A stretch of DNA of 64,000 nucleotides from Polaromonas sp. (GCF_029945925.1 NZ_JAQSDN010000049.1:97679-161678), one strand, 5' to 3'; shown: positions 1 through 10,015, counted from the first letter of the stretch. The notes: generated by a model not told the origin, from the letters alone. Numbers and translations are program-made.

Positions 1-1
1 C

Positions 2-376
2 TACGCCTTGCTGCTGGATTGGGGTACGCGCGTCGGCGTACTGGCGCTGCTACTCAGTTTCGCGGCCTATCTGTTCGGGGTACTCCAGCCGCATGTGCCT
101 CTGGAGCAACTGCCCAGCGTCTGGAACCTGCCGGTGAGTGCCTACCTGCAAAGCACGAACACCCCCACGGGCTGGGGCTGGCTGGCCCTGGCGCACAAAG
201 GAGACCTGTCCAACCTGATCGGCATTGCACTGCTGGCCGGCTGTTCGCTGCCACCCTTGCTGGGCTTGATCCCTTTGTATCTGAAGCGGCGTGATTACGC
301 CTATGCAGGGATTTGTGCCGTGGTGGCGACGGTGCTGGTACTGGCCGCCTCGGGTATTCTGACAGGAGGGCACTGA
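2..376 (+). CDS. Integral membrane protein, C-terminal fragment (5' end outside window)
   Basis: Frame is open from the window edge (ORF track 8..376). Hydrophobic helix-like stretches: VGVLALLLSFAAYLFGV, LIGIALLAGCSLPPLLGLIPL, AGICAVVATVLVLAASGIL. TGA 374-376 lies 2 nt before the next ATG. Family not recognised. Confidence 0.45.
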   Translation, partial: YALLLDWGTRVGVLALLLSFAAYLFGVLQPHVPLEQLPSVWNLPVSAYLQSTNTPTGWGWLALAHKGDLSNLIGIALLAGCSLPPLLGLIPLYLKRRDYAYAGICAVVATVLVLAASGILTGGH

Positions 377-378
377 GC

Positions 379-1203
379 ATGGCGGAACTCTTCTCGCGTC
401 TGTTGCTGGCCACCGAACACACCGAATTTGACACCGGAGCCGAAACGGTGGCCATGGACCTGGCGCAGCGCTGCCAGCTGCCGCTGGCCACCGTCCTCCC
501 CCTGGTGAGTAATCCGGAATATGAGGCGCTGGCGCCGCAGCTTGCGGCGCGGGCCGAGCACGACGCTGCGACCAAGATCGCCCAGTTGCGCGCCCAGGCG
601 GACGCGGTCGGCGTGACGATAGCCCTGCGCGTGCGACGCGGTGAAGAGCCGTATTGTGAGATCGTGCAGGAGGCGCGGGAGCAGGGCAGCGACCTGATCA
701 TCATTCGCCGCCGCGGGAAGCGGAGCTTTCTGGCGAATCTGCTGGTCGGCGAGATGGTGAGCAAAGTCGTCGCGCACGCGCCCTGTCATGTGCTGATTGT
801 GCCGCGGGAGGGATGCATGTGGCGCCGGCGCGTGCTGGCCGCTGTGGAGCCTACGGCGCAAGGGCGTCAGGTCGTCGCCACGGCTGCCGCGGTCGCCGCT
901 GAGTGTGGTTTGCCACTGCATCTGGTATGCGTCGTCGCCTCCGAAGAGGAGCGCCAGCCGGCGCAGGCCTTCATCAACGGGATGCAGGATCAGGCACGGC
1001 TGGCTGGCGTGGTTGCACAAGGTGAGGTACGAATTGGAAAACCATTCACGGAAATTCTGGCCTCCGTGACCAGCAGTGGGTCTGATCTGATCGTCATGGG
1101 CAGCCGAGGGGACAGCCGGATTGGTCGTGCCCTGGTCGGGGGGGTGGCGCAAAAGGTGATGGGTTTGTCAGAACACCCTGTGCTGGCTCTGCATTTTAAA
1201 TAA
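379..1203 (+). CDS. Universal stress protein with tandem UspA domains
   Basis: ATG 379 is preceded by AGGAGGG (364-370). Two USP-like halves each end in the nucleotide-binding-type motif: DLIIIRRRGKRSFLANLLVGEMVSKVVAHAPCHVLIV and DLIVMGSRGDSRIGRALVGGVAQKVMGLSEHPVLAL. The ORF-track start at 313 is an upstream extension overlapping the previous gene. Confidence 0.85.
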   Translation: MAELFSRLLLATEHTEFDTGAETVAMDLAQRCQLPLATVLPLVSNPEYEALAPQLAARAEHDAATKIAQLRAQADAVGVTIALRVRRGEEPYCEIVQEAREQGSDLIIIRRRGKRSFLANLLVGEMVSKVVAHAPCHVLIVPREGCMWRRRVLAAVEPTAQGRQVVATAAAVAAECGLPLHLVCVVASEEERQPAQAFINGMQDQARLAGVVAQGEVRIGKPFTEILASVTSSGSDLIVMGSRGDSRIGRALVGGVAQKVMGLSEHPVLALHFK

Positions 1204-1221
1204 CCCCGGATTCTTCCTGTC

Positions 1222-1848
1222 ATGAGTGATGCACTGAACTACCTGCTCAAAGCCCGGCCCGAGGCATTGGGCCATTATTTCGCGTTCCTGAAAGATGCTG
1301 GCAAGCACCTGGACCCCAAAACAAGGAATCTGATTTCGGTCATCACTAAAGTGCATGCCCAGACCGATCGCGGCTTTCGCCAATACCTGGGTCGTGCGCT
1401 GCGCGAGGGCTGCACGCCGATGGAGGTTCTGGATGCGCTGCTGATGGCGTTTCCAGCGCTGGGACTGGCCAAAATCATCTGGGCCGTGGACATCATTCTG
1501 GACATGAAGATCCCCGGGTTCCAGCCCGAGGCCTTGACCAGCCTTGGCCAGTGGCACGACGTGATGGCCAGCTCAGCCGTCGGGGATGGTGAAGTCACGC
1601 GCACCGAATGCGATGGCCGCGGCCTGTTCATCTATCGCAACAAGAAAATTTTTCAGGTGTACGACAGCCGTTGCCCGCACCAGACCACCGACATACCGCA
1701 GCTGGCACTGAAGGGCAGTACCCTGACCTGTCCCAAGCACCAATGGGTGTTCGATGTGAAGAGCGGAGACTGCATCAAGAAAGGCAACAGTCCGCTCAAG
1801 CGCATCGACTCCAAGGTCGTCAAAGGCCGTTTGCAGGCTTTTTGGTAA
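1222..1848 (+). CDS. Fusion protein: AhpD-like/carboxymuconolactone-decarboxylase-family N-domain + Rieske [2Fe-2S] C-domain
   Basis: The N-terminal ~100 aa is helical and CMD-like (PKTRNLISVITKVHAQTDRGFRQYLGRALREGCTPMEVLDALLMAFPALG). The C-terminal half carries the Rieske ligand boxes CPH (CPHQ) and CPKH, spaced CxH-x16-CxxH. Confidence 0.7.
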   Translation: MSDALNYLLKARPEALGHYFAFLKDAGKHLDPKTRNLISVITKVHAQTDRGFRQYLGRALREGCTPMEVLDALLMAFPALGLAKIIWAVDIILDMKIPGFQPEALTSLGQWHDVMASSAVGDGEVTRTECDGRGLFIYRNKKIFQVYDSRCPHQTTDIPQLALKGSTLTCPKHQWVFDVKSGDCIKKGNSPLKRIDSKVVKGRLQAFW

Positions 1849-1853
1849 CCCCC

Positions 1854-1890
1854 AGCCGCTGTCGCCTGCATCATCCAGGCGACAGCGGCT
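1854..1890. terminator. Perfect 15-bp hairpin between convergent genes (probable terminator/RNA-stabilising stem)
   Basis: AGCCGCTGTCGCCTG (1854-1868), loop CATCATC, CAGGCGACAGCGGCT (1876-1890). It lies 6 nt after the stop of the Rieske-fusion gene. Only a weak T-tract follows (AGGCGTTTCG). Confidence 0.45.
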
Positions 1891-1965
1891 AGGCGTTTCG
1901 CGAGCCGCGGCCGGCAAGGCCTCGAGAGGGACGACATGCTGGCAAAGTGAACGTGGGGGCCGGGT

Positions 1966-2367
1966 TCACCCGATAGCGAGCTGCGTCACTGTGCTGACCG
2001 GGACCTTTTTACCCAGCGTCAAGGTCAACACGCCGTTTTCCAGTTTCGCGGTGCTGGCCGAGGCATCGATTTCCACCGGAAAACGGTAAGCCGCCTTGAC
2101 CGTGCGTGCTGCATCGGCTTTGCTGGCAATACGCACCACATCGCCTTCGATGCCGATGTCCAGCTGTTCCCTGGCCAGGCCCGGAACGTCCAGTTGCAGT
2201 GAATAGGCCTTGTCGCCGTCTTCCACCGACGCCGATTGGGCGGTGCGGCTGTCGGACAGGGAGCCCAGGGTGTCGCTCAGGAATTTGTCAAGAGCGCCAT
2301 TGCTGACCAGCGAGGAGGCGGGACGCTGAAAGTTTCGCGCAGGACGGCCGGCAAGTGAATAGAACAT
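1966..2367 (-). CDS. Hsp20/alpha-crystallin family small heat-shock protein
   Basis: Alpha-crystallin domain pattern: DKAYSLQLDVPGLAREQLDIGIEGDVVRIAS ... AKLENGVLTLTLGKK. AAGGAG Shine-Dalgarno on the minus strand at 2372-2377. Confidence 0.9.
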   Translation of the reverse strand: MFYSLAGRPARNFQRPASSLVSNGALDKFLSDTLGSLSDSRTAQSASVEDGDKAYSLQLDVPGLAREQLDIGIEGDVVRIASKADAARTVKAAYRFPVEIDASASTAKLENGVLTLTLGKKVPVSTVTQLAIG

Positions 2368-2484
2368 CAGGACTCCTTTGGGTTGATCGGGAAAATTTTC
2401 CCCTTACACTTCGCGGCTCCCAATCGTGATCGCCGCATGCACAGCAGGTAAGCGTGCCAAGGCGTATTTCAAGGAAATTCCAGA

Positions 2485-3777
2485 ATGTATTTTTTCAGTT
2501 CCCGGGTCTTGAAACGTGTCGTACTGGCCTTAGGCGCGAGCGCCTGCCTGTGGTCTGCCGTTGCCTCTGCACAGCAGTCCGTGGCGGCGCCAGCTCCGGT
2601 CCGCGTCGCGCTGATCGAGAGTTTGTCCGGACCGTTTGCCAATACCGGCGAAGCCGTGTTCCGCAACCTGGTGTGGGCGGCGGAGCGCGTCAATGCGCGC
2701 GGTGGCCTCAAGCTGCCCGGCGGCAATCGCCCCCTGGTGTTCGTGCGCTACGACAGCAAGGGCCAGAACGAGGAGGCCCTGTCGGCCCTGCGCTCCGCCC
2801 TGGATGACGGGATCACGCTGGTGACCCAGGGCAACTCGTCGTCGACCGCTGCGGTGCTGATTGATGCGATCAACAAACACAATGAGCGCCAGCCGGCCCA
2901 GCGCGTGCTGTACCTGAATTATTCCGCGGTGGACCCGGTGCTGACCAATGAAAAATGCAGCTACTGGCACTTCCGCTTCGATGCCCACGCCGACATGCGC
3001 ATGGCCGCGCTGATGGATGTGCTCAAGGACGACAAGGCGGTCAGGAGCATCTACCTCATCGGGCAGGACTACAGCTTCGGCCAGGCCGTGCTGCGCGAAG
3101 CCCGCAGGCAGCTCGGCGCCCAGCGCCCCGATGTGCAGATCGTCGGTGACGAGCTGCACCCGATGGGCCGCGTCAAGGACTTTCTTCCCTATGCCGCCAA
3201 GATCAAGGCCAGTGGCGCTCAGGCCGTGCTCACCGGCAACTGGGGGAACGACCTGACCCTGCTGGTCAAGGCCGCGCGGGATGTGGGTTTTGAAGGCAGC
3301 TTCTACACGTTTTACGGCAATGCACTGGGCGTCCCCGCCGCGCTCGGTGATGCCGGCGTTGGCAAGGTCATCGCCGTGGCCGACTGGTTTCCCAATGAGC
3401 CGGGTGCCCAGTCGGAGGCGTTTTACCAGTCCTTCCGCCAGCGTTTCCCCAAACCCCAGGACGACTATGTGCACATGCGCATGCAGTTGATGGTCGAGGC
3501 CCTGGCGCAGAGCATCGAAAAAGCCCGCACGGTGGAGTCCGCCGCCGTCGCCGCTCAGCTGGAAAAGGCGACCGTGCTGTTTGCCGGCCACAAGGGCGTG
3601 ATGCGCAGCGCCGACCACCAGTTCCAGCAACCGCTGCTGGTGGCCGTGATGGACAAACAGGGGACACCCGGTGTCCGGTTTGACGTCGAAGGCTCGGGCT
3701 ATGGTTTTCGCGTGATCAAGACCATAGCTGCAGCGCGCTCCGAACAGGCGCACAACTGCAGGATGCAGCGGCCCTGA
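2485..3777 (+). CDS. ABC transporter periplasmic substrate-binding protein (Leu/Ile/Val-binding, type-1 PBP family)
   Basis: Signal peptide MYFFSSRVLKRVVLALGASACLWSAVASAQQ; AAGGAA SD at 2471-2476; LivK/AmiC-like length and pattern (IYLIGQDYSFGQAV). No permease or ATPase genes are adjacent. Confidence 0.8.
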   Translation: MYFFSSRVLKRVVLALGASACLWSAVASAQQSVAAPAPVRVALIESLSGPFANTGEAVFRNLVWAAERVNARGGLKLPGGNRPLVFVRYDSKGQNEEALSALRSALDDGITLVTQGNSSSTAAVLIDAINKHNERQPAQRVLYLNYSAVDPVLTNEKCSYWHFRFDAHADMRMAALMDVLKDDKAVRSIYLIGQDYSFGQAVLREARRQLGAQRPDVQIVGDELHPMGRVKDFLPYAAKIKASGAQAVLTGNWGNDLTLLVKAARDVGFEGSFYTFYGNALGVPAALGDAGVGKVIAVADWFPNEPGAQSEAFYQSFRQRFPKPQDDYVHMRMQLMVEALAQSIEKARTVESAAVAAQLEKATVLFAGHKGVMRSADHQFQQPLLVAVMDKQGTPGVRFDVEGSGYGFRVIKTIAAARSEQAHNCRMQRP

Positions 3778-3813
3778 ACCGCTCGCCAAAGACCCTTCCG
3801 CTGAAAGACACCC

Positions 3814-5004
3814 ATGAGACAAGCCGTTTTAGACCTCGAAGAGTCGATGATCCGCCAGGTGGCCAATGCCGGCATGGGGCGCAGCGATGTGCTCAAGTTC
3901 TGGTTTGGTGAAAGTGACGAGGTCACACCCGCCTTCATCCGCGACGCTGCCATCGCCTCGCTGCAGCAGGGCGAGACTTTTTACGCGCACAACCTGGGCT
4001 TGCCGGAGTTGCGCGAGGCGATTGCGCGTTACGCCACGGGCTTGCGCTGTGTCGGCGCAGCAGCGATTGAAGCGGACCGCATTGCCGTCACCTCGGGCGG
4101 TGTGAATGCCCTGATGCTGGCCATGCAGGCCCTGGTGGATGCCGGCGATGAGGTGGTGGCGGTCACGCCGGTCTGGCCCAACCTGACCGCGCAGCCGCTG
4201 ATCATGGGTGCGAAGCTGCACTGTGTGAGCCTGCGGCCGGTGGCCGGCCAGTGGCAACTCGATATGGACGAGTTGCTGGCGGCCATCACGCCCCGGACCC
4301 GGCTGTTGATCGTCAACGCACCGAACAACCCGACCGGCTGGACCCTGAGCCGCGCCGAGCAGGACACCCTGCTCGCGCACTGCCGGCGCACCGGCACCTG
4401 GATTCTGGCCGACGAGGTGTACGAGCGGCTTTATTTCGAGCCCACGGAGAACGGCTGCGCGCCTAGCTTCCTGGATATCGCGGCCCCGGAAGACCGGCTG
4501 GTGGTCGTCCATAGCTTTTCCAAGAGCTTTTTGATGACCGGCTGGCGCCTGGGCTGGCTGGTGATGCCGCCCGGCATGACGCCGCACATGGGCAAGCTGG
4601 TGGAGTTCAATACCTCGTGCGCTCCGGTGTTCGTCCAGCGGGCCGCCCTGGTGGCACTGGCAAGAACCGATGACGTCACGCCGCAGCTGGTGGCGCACCT
4701 GAAAACCTGCCGTGACACGCTGGTGCCGCTGCTGCAGGCGCTGCCGGGCGTGGAAGTAGCGCCGGCCCGGGGCGGCATGTATGCGTTTTTCAGGCTGTCG
4801 GACCAGGCGCGCTTCGGCGATTCGCTGGCCACCGCCAAACGCCTGGTGGTGGAGGCCGGCCTCGGACTGGCCCCCGGCAATGCCTTCATGGTCAACCCGG
4901 CGCCCGAGGCCCAGGGCTGGCTGCGCTGGTGTTTTGCGAGCCGGGACGTCGCCAGGCTGGAGCAGGGCGTGGAGCGCCTGGCCCGCTGGCTGCCCGGCGC
5001 CTGA
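3814..5004 (+). CDS. Pyridoxal-phosphate-dependent aminotransferase, class I/II (aspartate/aromatic type)
   Basis: Motifs NAPNNPTGW and PLP-lysine box [15 protein letters not shown]; 396 aa. Confidence 0.85.
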   Translation: MRQAVLDLEESMIRQVANAGMGRSDVLKFWFGESDEVTPAFIRDAAIASLQQGETFYAHNLGLPELREAIARYATGLRCVGAAAIEADRIAVTSGGVNALMLAMQALVDAGDEVVAVTPVWPNLTAQPLIMGAKLHCVSLRPVAGQWQLDMDELLAAITPRTRLLIVNAPNNPTGWTLSRAEQDTLLAHCRRTGTWILADEVYERLYFEPTENGCAPSFLDIAAPEDRLVVVHSFSKSFLMTGWRLGWLVMPPGMTPHMGKLVEFNTSCAPVFVQRAALVALARTDDVTPQLVAHLKTCRDTLVPLLQALPGVEVAPARGGMYAFFRLSDQARFGDSLATAKRLVVEAGLGLAPGNAFMVNPAPEAQGWLRWCFASRDVARLEQGVERLARWLPGA

Positions 5005-5152
5005 GTCGATCCGGAGACTGGGCTATAATCCAAGGCTCTGCCCAAGGCGTGCTTTTTCATTCATGAAGCAGCACCTCGCAGAACACGGCGGCCACGGTCA
5101 ACTCCCACGTCGGGAACACTGTACCGCTCGCAAGTCATTTCAAGGAAAACCC

Positions 5153-5419
5153 ATGATCGCGAAATCCATCAAGGCCGACATCGTTCAGGCCAACGCACGC
5201 GCCGCCGGCGACACCGGCAGCCCTGAAGTTCAAGTGGCCCTGTTGACCGGCCGCATCAATGAACTGATGCCCCATTTCAAGACCCACGCCAAGGATCACC
5301 ACGGTCGCCGTGGCCTGCTGCGCATGGTGAGCCGCCGCCGCAAGCTGCTGGACTACCTGAAGTCCAAGGATGCAGCCCGTTATGTTGCGTTGATCGCCAA
5401 GCTTGGCCTGCGTAAATAA
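5153..5419 (+). CDS. rpsO: 30S ribosomal protein S15
   Basis: 88-aa product [12 protein letters not shown]...[49 protein letters not shown] is canonical S15. The ORF-track start at 4781 is a spurious upstream extension. A TATAAT box at 5024-5029 may be its promoter -10 (weak -35). Confidence 0.97.
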   Translation: MIAKSIKADIVQANARAAGDTGSPEVQVALLTGRINELMPHFKTHAKDHHGRRGLLRMVSRRRKLLDYLKSKDAARYVALIAKLGLRK

Positions 5420-5439
5420 GCGCTAAAACGACTGCAAGG

Positions 5440-5473
5440 CGCCTGAGTTAGTTCACTAGCTCAGGCGTTTTTT
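5440..5473 (+). terminator. Intrinsic terminator/attenuator between rpsO and pnp
   Basis: CGCCTGAG (5440-5447) pairs with CTCAGGCG (5460-5467), followed by TTTTTT (5468-5473). Confidence 0.8.
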
Positions 5474-5508
5474 ACTTCGGAGCAAGGCAAAACGATCACG
5501 CGCTGTGT

Positions 5509-5553
5509 CATTCCACAAGAAAAGACCTGGTATCCCAGGCATTTTGTGGAATG
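5509..5553 (+). promoter_or_regulatory. Long stem-loop in the pnp 5' leader (candidate RNase III/autoregulation hairpin)
   Basis: CATTCCACAA (5509-5518) pairs with TTGTGGAATG (5544-5553). An inner CCTGG-TATC-CCAGG stem is present. Position matches the RNase III-processed pnp leader hairpin known in E. coli. Confidence 0.5.
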
Positions 5554-5626
5554 GCATCGTGTTCTGCCAGCCACCCCTCCGGGCTCCTGCACTGCCTCAA
5601 GTGCTTGAAACTAGTGGAGATAAACC

Positions 5627-7744
5627 ATGAGCATTTTCAACAAAGTCACCAAATCCTTCCAGTGGGGCCAGCACAAGGTCACGATGGAAACCGGCGAAGT
5701 CGCACGCCAGTCCGGCGGCGCCGTGTTGCTGGATATGGATGGCACCGTGGTGCTGGCCACCGTGGTCGCCAAAACCGAGGCCAAGCCCGGGCAGGATTTT
5801 TTCCCGCTGACGGTCGACTACCTGGAAAAAACCTATGCCGCTGGCCGCATTCCCGGCAGCTTCTTCAAGCGCGAAGGCCGTCCCAGCGAGTTCGAAACAC
5901 TCACCTCGCGCCTGATCGACCGCCCGATCCGCCCGCTGTTTCCTGAAGGCTTTTTCAACGAAGTGCAGGTTGTGATCCATGTGCTGTCGCTCAATCCTGA
6001 AATCGAAGGCGACATTCCTGCGCTGATCGCTTCCAGCGCCGCGCTGGCCATTTCCGGCATTCCGTTCAACGGCCCGATCGGTGCCGCCCGCGTGGCCTAC
6101 ATCGACGGCCAGTACGTGCTGAACCCCGGCAAGACCCAGCTGAAGGATTCGAAGATGGACCTGGTTGTGGCCGGCACCGAAGCCGCTGTGCTGATGGTCG
6201 AGTCCGAAGCCCAGCAGCTGTCCGAAGAAATCATGCTCGGCGCCATCGTGTTTGGCCATGAGCAAGGCAATATCGCCATCAACGCCATCCACGAACTCGT
6301 TCGTGACGCCGGCAAACCGGTCTGGGACTGGCGTGCGCCCGCCAAGGACGAGGTGCTGATCGCCAAGGTGGTTGCGCTGGCCGAAGAAAAGCTCGCCAAG
6401 GCCTATCAGATCCGCAACAAGCAGGCCCGTACCCACGCCACGCGTGAAGTGACCACCTGGACCAAGATGGGCCTGAAAGCCGAAGGCGTCGAATTCGATG
6501 GCGTTGCGGTCGAAGGCATGCTGTTCGACATCGAAGCCAAAATCGTGCGCAGCCAGATCCTGGCCGGCGATCCGCGTATCGACGGCCGCGACACGCGCAC
6601 CGTGCGCCCCATCGAAATCCGCAACAGTGTGCTGCCCCGTACCCACGGTTCGGCCCTGTTCACGCGCGGCGAGACCCAGGCGCTGGTGATTACCACGTTG
6701 GGCACCGAGCGCGACGCGCAGCGCATTGATGCTCTGTCCGGCGACTATGAAGACCGCTTCATGCTGCACTACAACATGCCTCCGTTCGCCACCGGCGAAA
6801 CCGGCCGTGTGGGCAGCCCGAAGCGCCGCGAAATCGGCCACGGCCGCCTCGCCAAGCGCGCGCTGATCGCGGTGCTGCCGACCAAGGAAGAGTTCCCTTA
6901 CACCATGCGTGTCGTCAGCGAGATCACCGAGTCCAACGGCTCCTCGTCGATGGCTTCGGTCTGCGGCGGCTGTCTGTCACTCATGGACGCCGGCGTGCCG
7001 ATGAAAGCCCACGTGGCCGGCATCGCCATGGGCCTGATCAAGGAAGATAACCGCTTTGCGGTGCTGACCGACATCCTGGGTGACGAAGATCACCTGGGCG
7101 ACATGGACTTCAAGGTGGCCGGTACCACCGCCGGCATCACCGCGCTGCAGATGGACATCAAGATCCAGGGCATCACGAAGGAAATCATGCAGGTCGCGCT
7201 GGCCCAGGCCAAGGAAGCCCGCATGCACATCCTCGGCAAGATGCAGGAAGCCATGGGCGAAGCCAAGACCGAGGTCTCTGACTTCGCACCGCGCCTCTAT
7301 GTCATGAAGATCAACCCCGAAAAAATCCGTGACGTGATCGGCAAAGGCGGCGCCGTCATCCGTGCGCTGACCGAAGAAACCGGCACGCAGATCAACATCG
7401 AGGAAGACGGCACCATCACGATCGCGTCGAACGACAGCGCCAAGGCCGATGAAGCCAAACGCCGCATCGCCGAGATCACCGCCGAAGTCGAAATCGGCAA
7501 GGTCTACGAAGGCGCGATCACCAAGATCCTGGACTTCGGTGCCCTCGTCAACCTGCTGCCCGGCAAGGACGGCCTGCTGCACATCAGCCAGATCGCCCAC
7601 GAACGTGTCGAGCGCGTGACCGACTACCTGAGCGAAGGCCAGATCGTCAAGGTCAAGGTTCTGGAAACCGACGAAAAAGGCCGCGTCAAGCTGTCCATGA
7701 AGGCGCTGCTCGATCGTCCGGCCCAAGGCCAGGACCAGGGCTGA
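5627..7744 (+). CDS. pnp: Polyribonucleotide nucleotidyltransferase (PNPase)
   Basis: 705 aa with two RNase PH-like halves, then KH ([21 protein letters not shown]) and S1 ([20 protein letters not shown]) domains. GGAGA SD before ATG 5627. Confidence 0.98.
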   Translation: MSIFNKVTKSFQWGQHKVTMETGEVARQSGGAVLLDMDGTVVLATVVAKTEAKPGQDFFPLTVDYLEKTYAAGRIPGSFFKREGRPSEFETLTSRLIDRPIRPLFPEGFFNEVQVVIHVLSLNPEIEGDIPALIASSAALAISGIPFNGPIGAARVAYIDGQYVLNPGKTQLKDSKMDLVVAGTEAAVLMVESEAQQLSEEIMLGAIVFGHEQGNIAINAIHELVRDAGKPVWDWRAPAKDEVLIAKVVALAEEKLAKAYQIRNKQARTHATREVTTWTKMGLKAEGVEFDGVAVEGMLFDIEAKIVRSQILAGDPRIDGRDTRTVRPIEIRNSVLPRTHGSALFTRGETQALVITTLGTERDAQRIDALSGDYEDRFMLHYNMPPFATGETGRVGSPKRREIGHGRLAKRALIAVLPTKEEFPYTMRVVSEITESNGSSSMASVCGGCLSLMDAGVPMKAHVAGIAMGLIKEDNRFAVLTDILGDEDHLGDMDFKVAGTTAGITALQMDIKIQGITKEIMQVALAQAKEARMHILGKMQEAMGEAKTEVSDFAPRLYVMKINPEKIRDVIGKGGAVIRALTEETGTQINIEEDGTITIASNDSAKADEAKRRIAEITAEVEIGKVYEGAITKILDFGALVNLLPGKDGLLHISQIAHERVERVTDYLSEGQIVKVKVLETDEKGRVKLSMKALLDRPAQGQDQG

Positions 7745-7769
7745 ACTGCTATCTGATTGGTAGCTGCTC

Positions 7770-7788
7770 GCGCCCGTCTGACGGGCGC
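7770..7788. repeat. REP-like hairpin GCGCCCG-TCTGA-CGGGCGC downstream of pnp
   Basis: Perfect 7-bp stem with a TCTGA loop and no T-tract. It shares the 14-nt core CCGTCTGACGGGCG with 9561-9578. Confidence 0.5.
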
Positions 7789-7799
7789 TGCGGCCAACA

Positions 7800-8816
7800 A
7801 TGAGCATGTACCTGATGAAAGCAGTCGAAATCACTTCCTTCGGTCCGCCCGACGTCCTGTGTCTGGGCGAGCGGCCTGCGCCGGTTGCCGGCGAAGGCGA
7901 GTTGCTGATCCGCGTCAGTGCCAGCGGGGTGAACCGCCCCGATGTCCTGCAGCGCACCGGCAACTACCCGGTGCCGCCCGGGGCGTCCGATATTCCGGGG
8001 CTGGAAGTGGCTGGCGTGGTGGTTGGCGGCGACGCCGCGGCCATGGCGCAAGCCGGCCTGAAGGCGGGCGACCGTGTCTGCGCGCTGGTGGCGGGCGGCG
8101 GTTATGCCGAGCTGTGCGTGGCGCCGGTGGGCCAATGTCTGCCGGTGCCGGCGGGACTCAGCGATATCGAGGCAGCCTCGCTGCCCGAAACATTTTTTAC
8201 CGTCTGGAGCAATGTCTTTGACCGGGTGCGCCTGCAAAAGGGCGAAACTCTGTTGATCCAGGGCGGCTCCAGCGGCATCGGCGTGACGGCCATCCAGATG
8301 GCCAAGGCGCTGGGCGCCACGGTGCTGGTCACGGCCGGCAGCGACGACAAGTGCGCCGCCTGCCTGGCCCTCGGTGCCGACCACGCGATCAACTACAAAA
8401 CCAGCGACTTTGCCGAAGAGGTCAAGAAGCTGACGGCTGGCCAGGGCGTCAATGTCATTCTCGACATGGTTGCCGGCAGCTACGTGGCGCGTGAGGTCGA
8501 GTGCCTCTCCGAAGACGGCCGTCTGGTGATCATTGCCGTGCAGGGCGGCCTCAAGGCCGAGTTCAATGCCGGCCTGGTGCTGCGCAAGCGCCTCACCATC
8601 ACCGGTTCGACGCTGCGGCCGCGTTCGATCGAGTTCAAGGCTGCGATTGCCGCGGCCCTGCGGGACAAGGTCTGGCCGCTGATTGCCAGTGGCGCGATCA
8701 AACCCGTGATTCACTGCACCTTTGCCGCGGCAGATGCCGCCCAGGCCCATGCGCTGATGGAGTCGAACCAGCACATCGGAAAAATCGTCTTGACCTGGCA
8801 GGTACCCAGCCCATGA
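7800..8816 (+). CDS. NAD(P)H:quinone oxidoreductase, zinc-type alcohol dehydrogenase superfamily (Qor/PIG3-like)
   Basis: [16 protein letters not shown]-terminus, Rossmann motif [24 protein letters not shown]-terminal HIGKIVLT. Start is ambiguous (ATG 7800, 7806 or 7815; no clear SD). Confidence 0.85.
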   Translation: MSMYLMKAVEITSFGPPDVLCLGERPAPVAGEGELLIRVSASGVNRPDVLQRTGNYPVPPGASDIPGLEVAGVVVGGDAAAMAQAGLKAGDRVCALVAGGGYAELCVAPVGQCLPVPAGLSDIEAASLPETFFTVWSNVFDRVRLQKGETLLIQGGSSGIGVTAIQMAKALGATVLVTAGSDDKCAACLALGADHAINYKTSDFAEEVKKLTAGQGVNVILDMVAGSYVAREVECLSEDGRLVIIAVQGGLKAEFNAGLVLRKRLTITGSTLRPRSIEFKAAIAAALRDKVWPLIASGAIKPVIHCTFAAADAAQAHALMESNQHIGKIVLTWQVPSP

Positions 8817-9571
8817 AAAAGCTCATCGCAGGAAACTGGAAAATGAATGGCAGCCTGGTTGCCAACGAAGCCTTGCTGCAGGCACTGGCGGCCGGTTTGC
8901 CGGCGCAGCCGGGGTGTGCGGTGGCGGTGTGTGTTCCGGCGCCGTATCTGGCGCAGTTCCAGGCGCTGGCCCAAGCCTTGCCGGCCTTGGCTGCCATTGA
9001 TCTGGGTGCGCAGGACGTCTCGGCCAAGGCCTCCGGGGCCTACACCGGTGAAATCAGCGCGTCCATGCTGAAGGACTTCGGCTGCCGTTACGCCATCGTC
9101 GGCCACTCGGAGCGCCGCCAATACCACTTCGAGACCGATGCATTGGTGGCCGAGAAGGCGCAGCAGGCGCTGGCTGCGGGCATCACGCCGATTGTCTGTG
9201 TCGGCGAGACACTGGCAGAACGCGAAGCGGGGCAGACGGAAAGTGTCGTCAAACGCCAGCTGGCGGCTGTGATTCATGCCAATGGCCACTGCATCAGCGA
9301 GATCGTCGTGGCCTATGAACCGGTCTGGGCCATCGGCACCGGCAGGACCGCGACACCCGAGCAGGCGCAGGCCGTGCACGCGGTGCTCAGGGCCCAGCTC
9401 AAGGCGGCGACGGACCAGTCCGCTCGCGTGAAAATTCTGTATGGCGGAAGCATGAATGCGGCCAATGCCGCAACGCTGCTGAGCCAGCCTGACATCGACG
9501 GCGGCCTGATCGGCGGCGCGTCGCTTAAGGCCCCCGATTTTTTGACGATTATTGCTGCAGCCGCCGTCTGA
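8813..9571 (+). CDS. tpiA: Triosephosphate isomerase
   Basis: [19 protein letters not shown] and [12 protein letters not shown] motifs. ATG 8813 overlaps the qor-like stop (ATGA). The ORF-track start at 8501 is an extension. Confidence 0.96.
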   Translation: MKKLIAGNWKMNGSLVANEALLQALAAGLPAQPGCAVAVCVPAPYLAQFQALAQALPALAAIDLGAQDVSAKASGAYTGEISASMLKDFGCRYAIVGHSERRQYHFETDALVAEKAQQALAAGITPIVCVGETLAEREAGQTESVVKRQLAAVIHANGHCISEIVVAYEPVWAIGTGRTATPEQAQAVHAVLRAQLKAATDQSARVKILYGGSMNAANAATLLSQPDIDGGLIGGASLKAPDFLTIIAAAAV

Positions 9572-9578
9572 CGGGCGG
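9561..9578. repeat. REP-like hairpin CCGCCG-TCTGA-CGGGCGG containing the tpiA stop codon
   Basis: Second copy of the CCGTCTGACGGGCG core. The TGA in the loop (9569-9571) is the tpiA stop codon. Confidence 0.5.
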
Positions 9579-9604
9579 AGCAGGCTATTCAATTAGGAGT
9601 AAAC

Positions 9605-10015
9605 ATGAACGCTTTGTTAACCATTGTTCTGGCGATCCAGATGATCACCGCGCTGGCCATGATTGGCCTGATCCTCGTGCAGCACGGCAAGGGTGCCGAC
9701 ATGGGTGCGGCTTTTGGCAGCGGCGGTTCCGGCAGCCTGTTTGGCGCCAGCGGCAGTGCCAACTTCCTGTCGCGCACCACGGCTGTTCTTGCGGCGGTAT
9801 TTTTTGTCTGCACGCTGGCCCTGGCTTATTTCGGTAACGCGCGTCCACAGACCGGCACCAGCGTGCTGGAAGGCGCAGCCATCACGGCGCCAGCGCCGGT
9901 CGCTCCCGGTGCCGGCCAGATCCCCGGCACGGCCACCCCCGCACCCACAGCCGGTGCGGTCGCCGTACCGCCTGCGCCGGCAGCTTCAGGCGCAGGTCAG
10001 ATCCCGACGAAATAG
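9605..10015 (+). CDS. secG: Preprotein translocase subunit SecG (with Ala/Pro-rich C-terminal tail)
   Basis: MNALLTIVLAIQMITALAMIGLILVQHGKGADMGAAFGSGGSGSLFGASGSANFLSRTT is the canonical SecG core. AGGAG SD at 9594-9598. The tpiA-secG-tRNA-Leu order is conserved synteny. Confidence 0.92.
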   Translation: MNALLTIVLAIQMITALAMIGLILVQHGKGADMGAAFGSGGSGSLFGASGSANFLSRTTAVLAAVFFVCTLALAYFGNARPQTGTSVLEGAAITAPAPVAPGAGQIPGTATPAPTAGAVAVPPAPAASGAGQIPTK

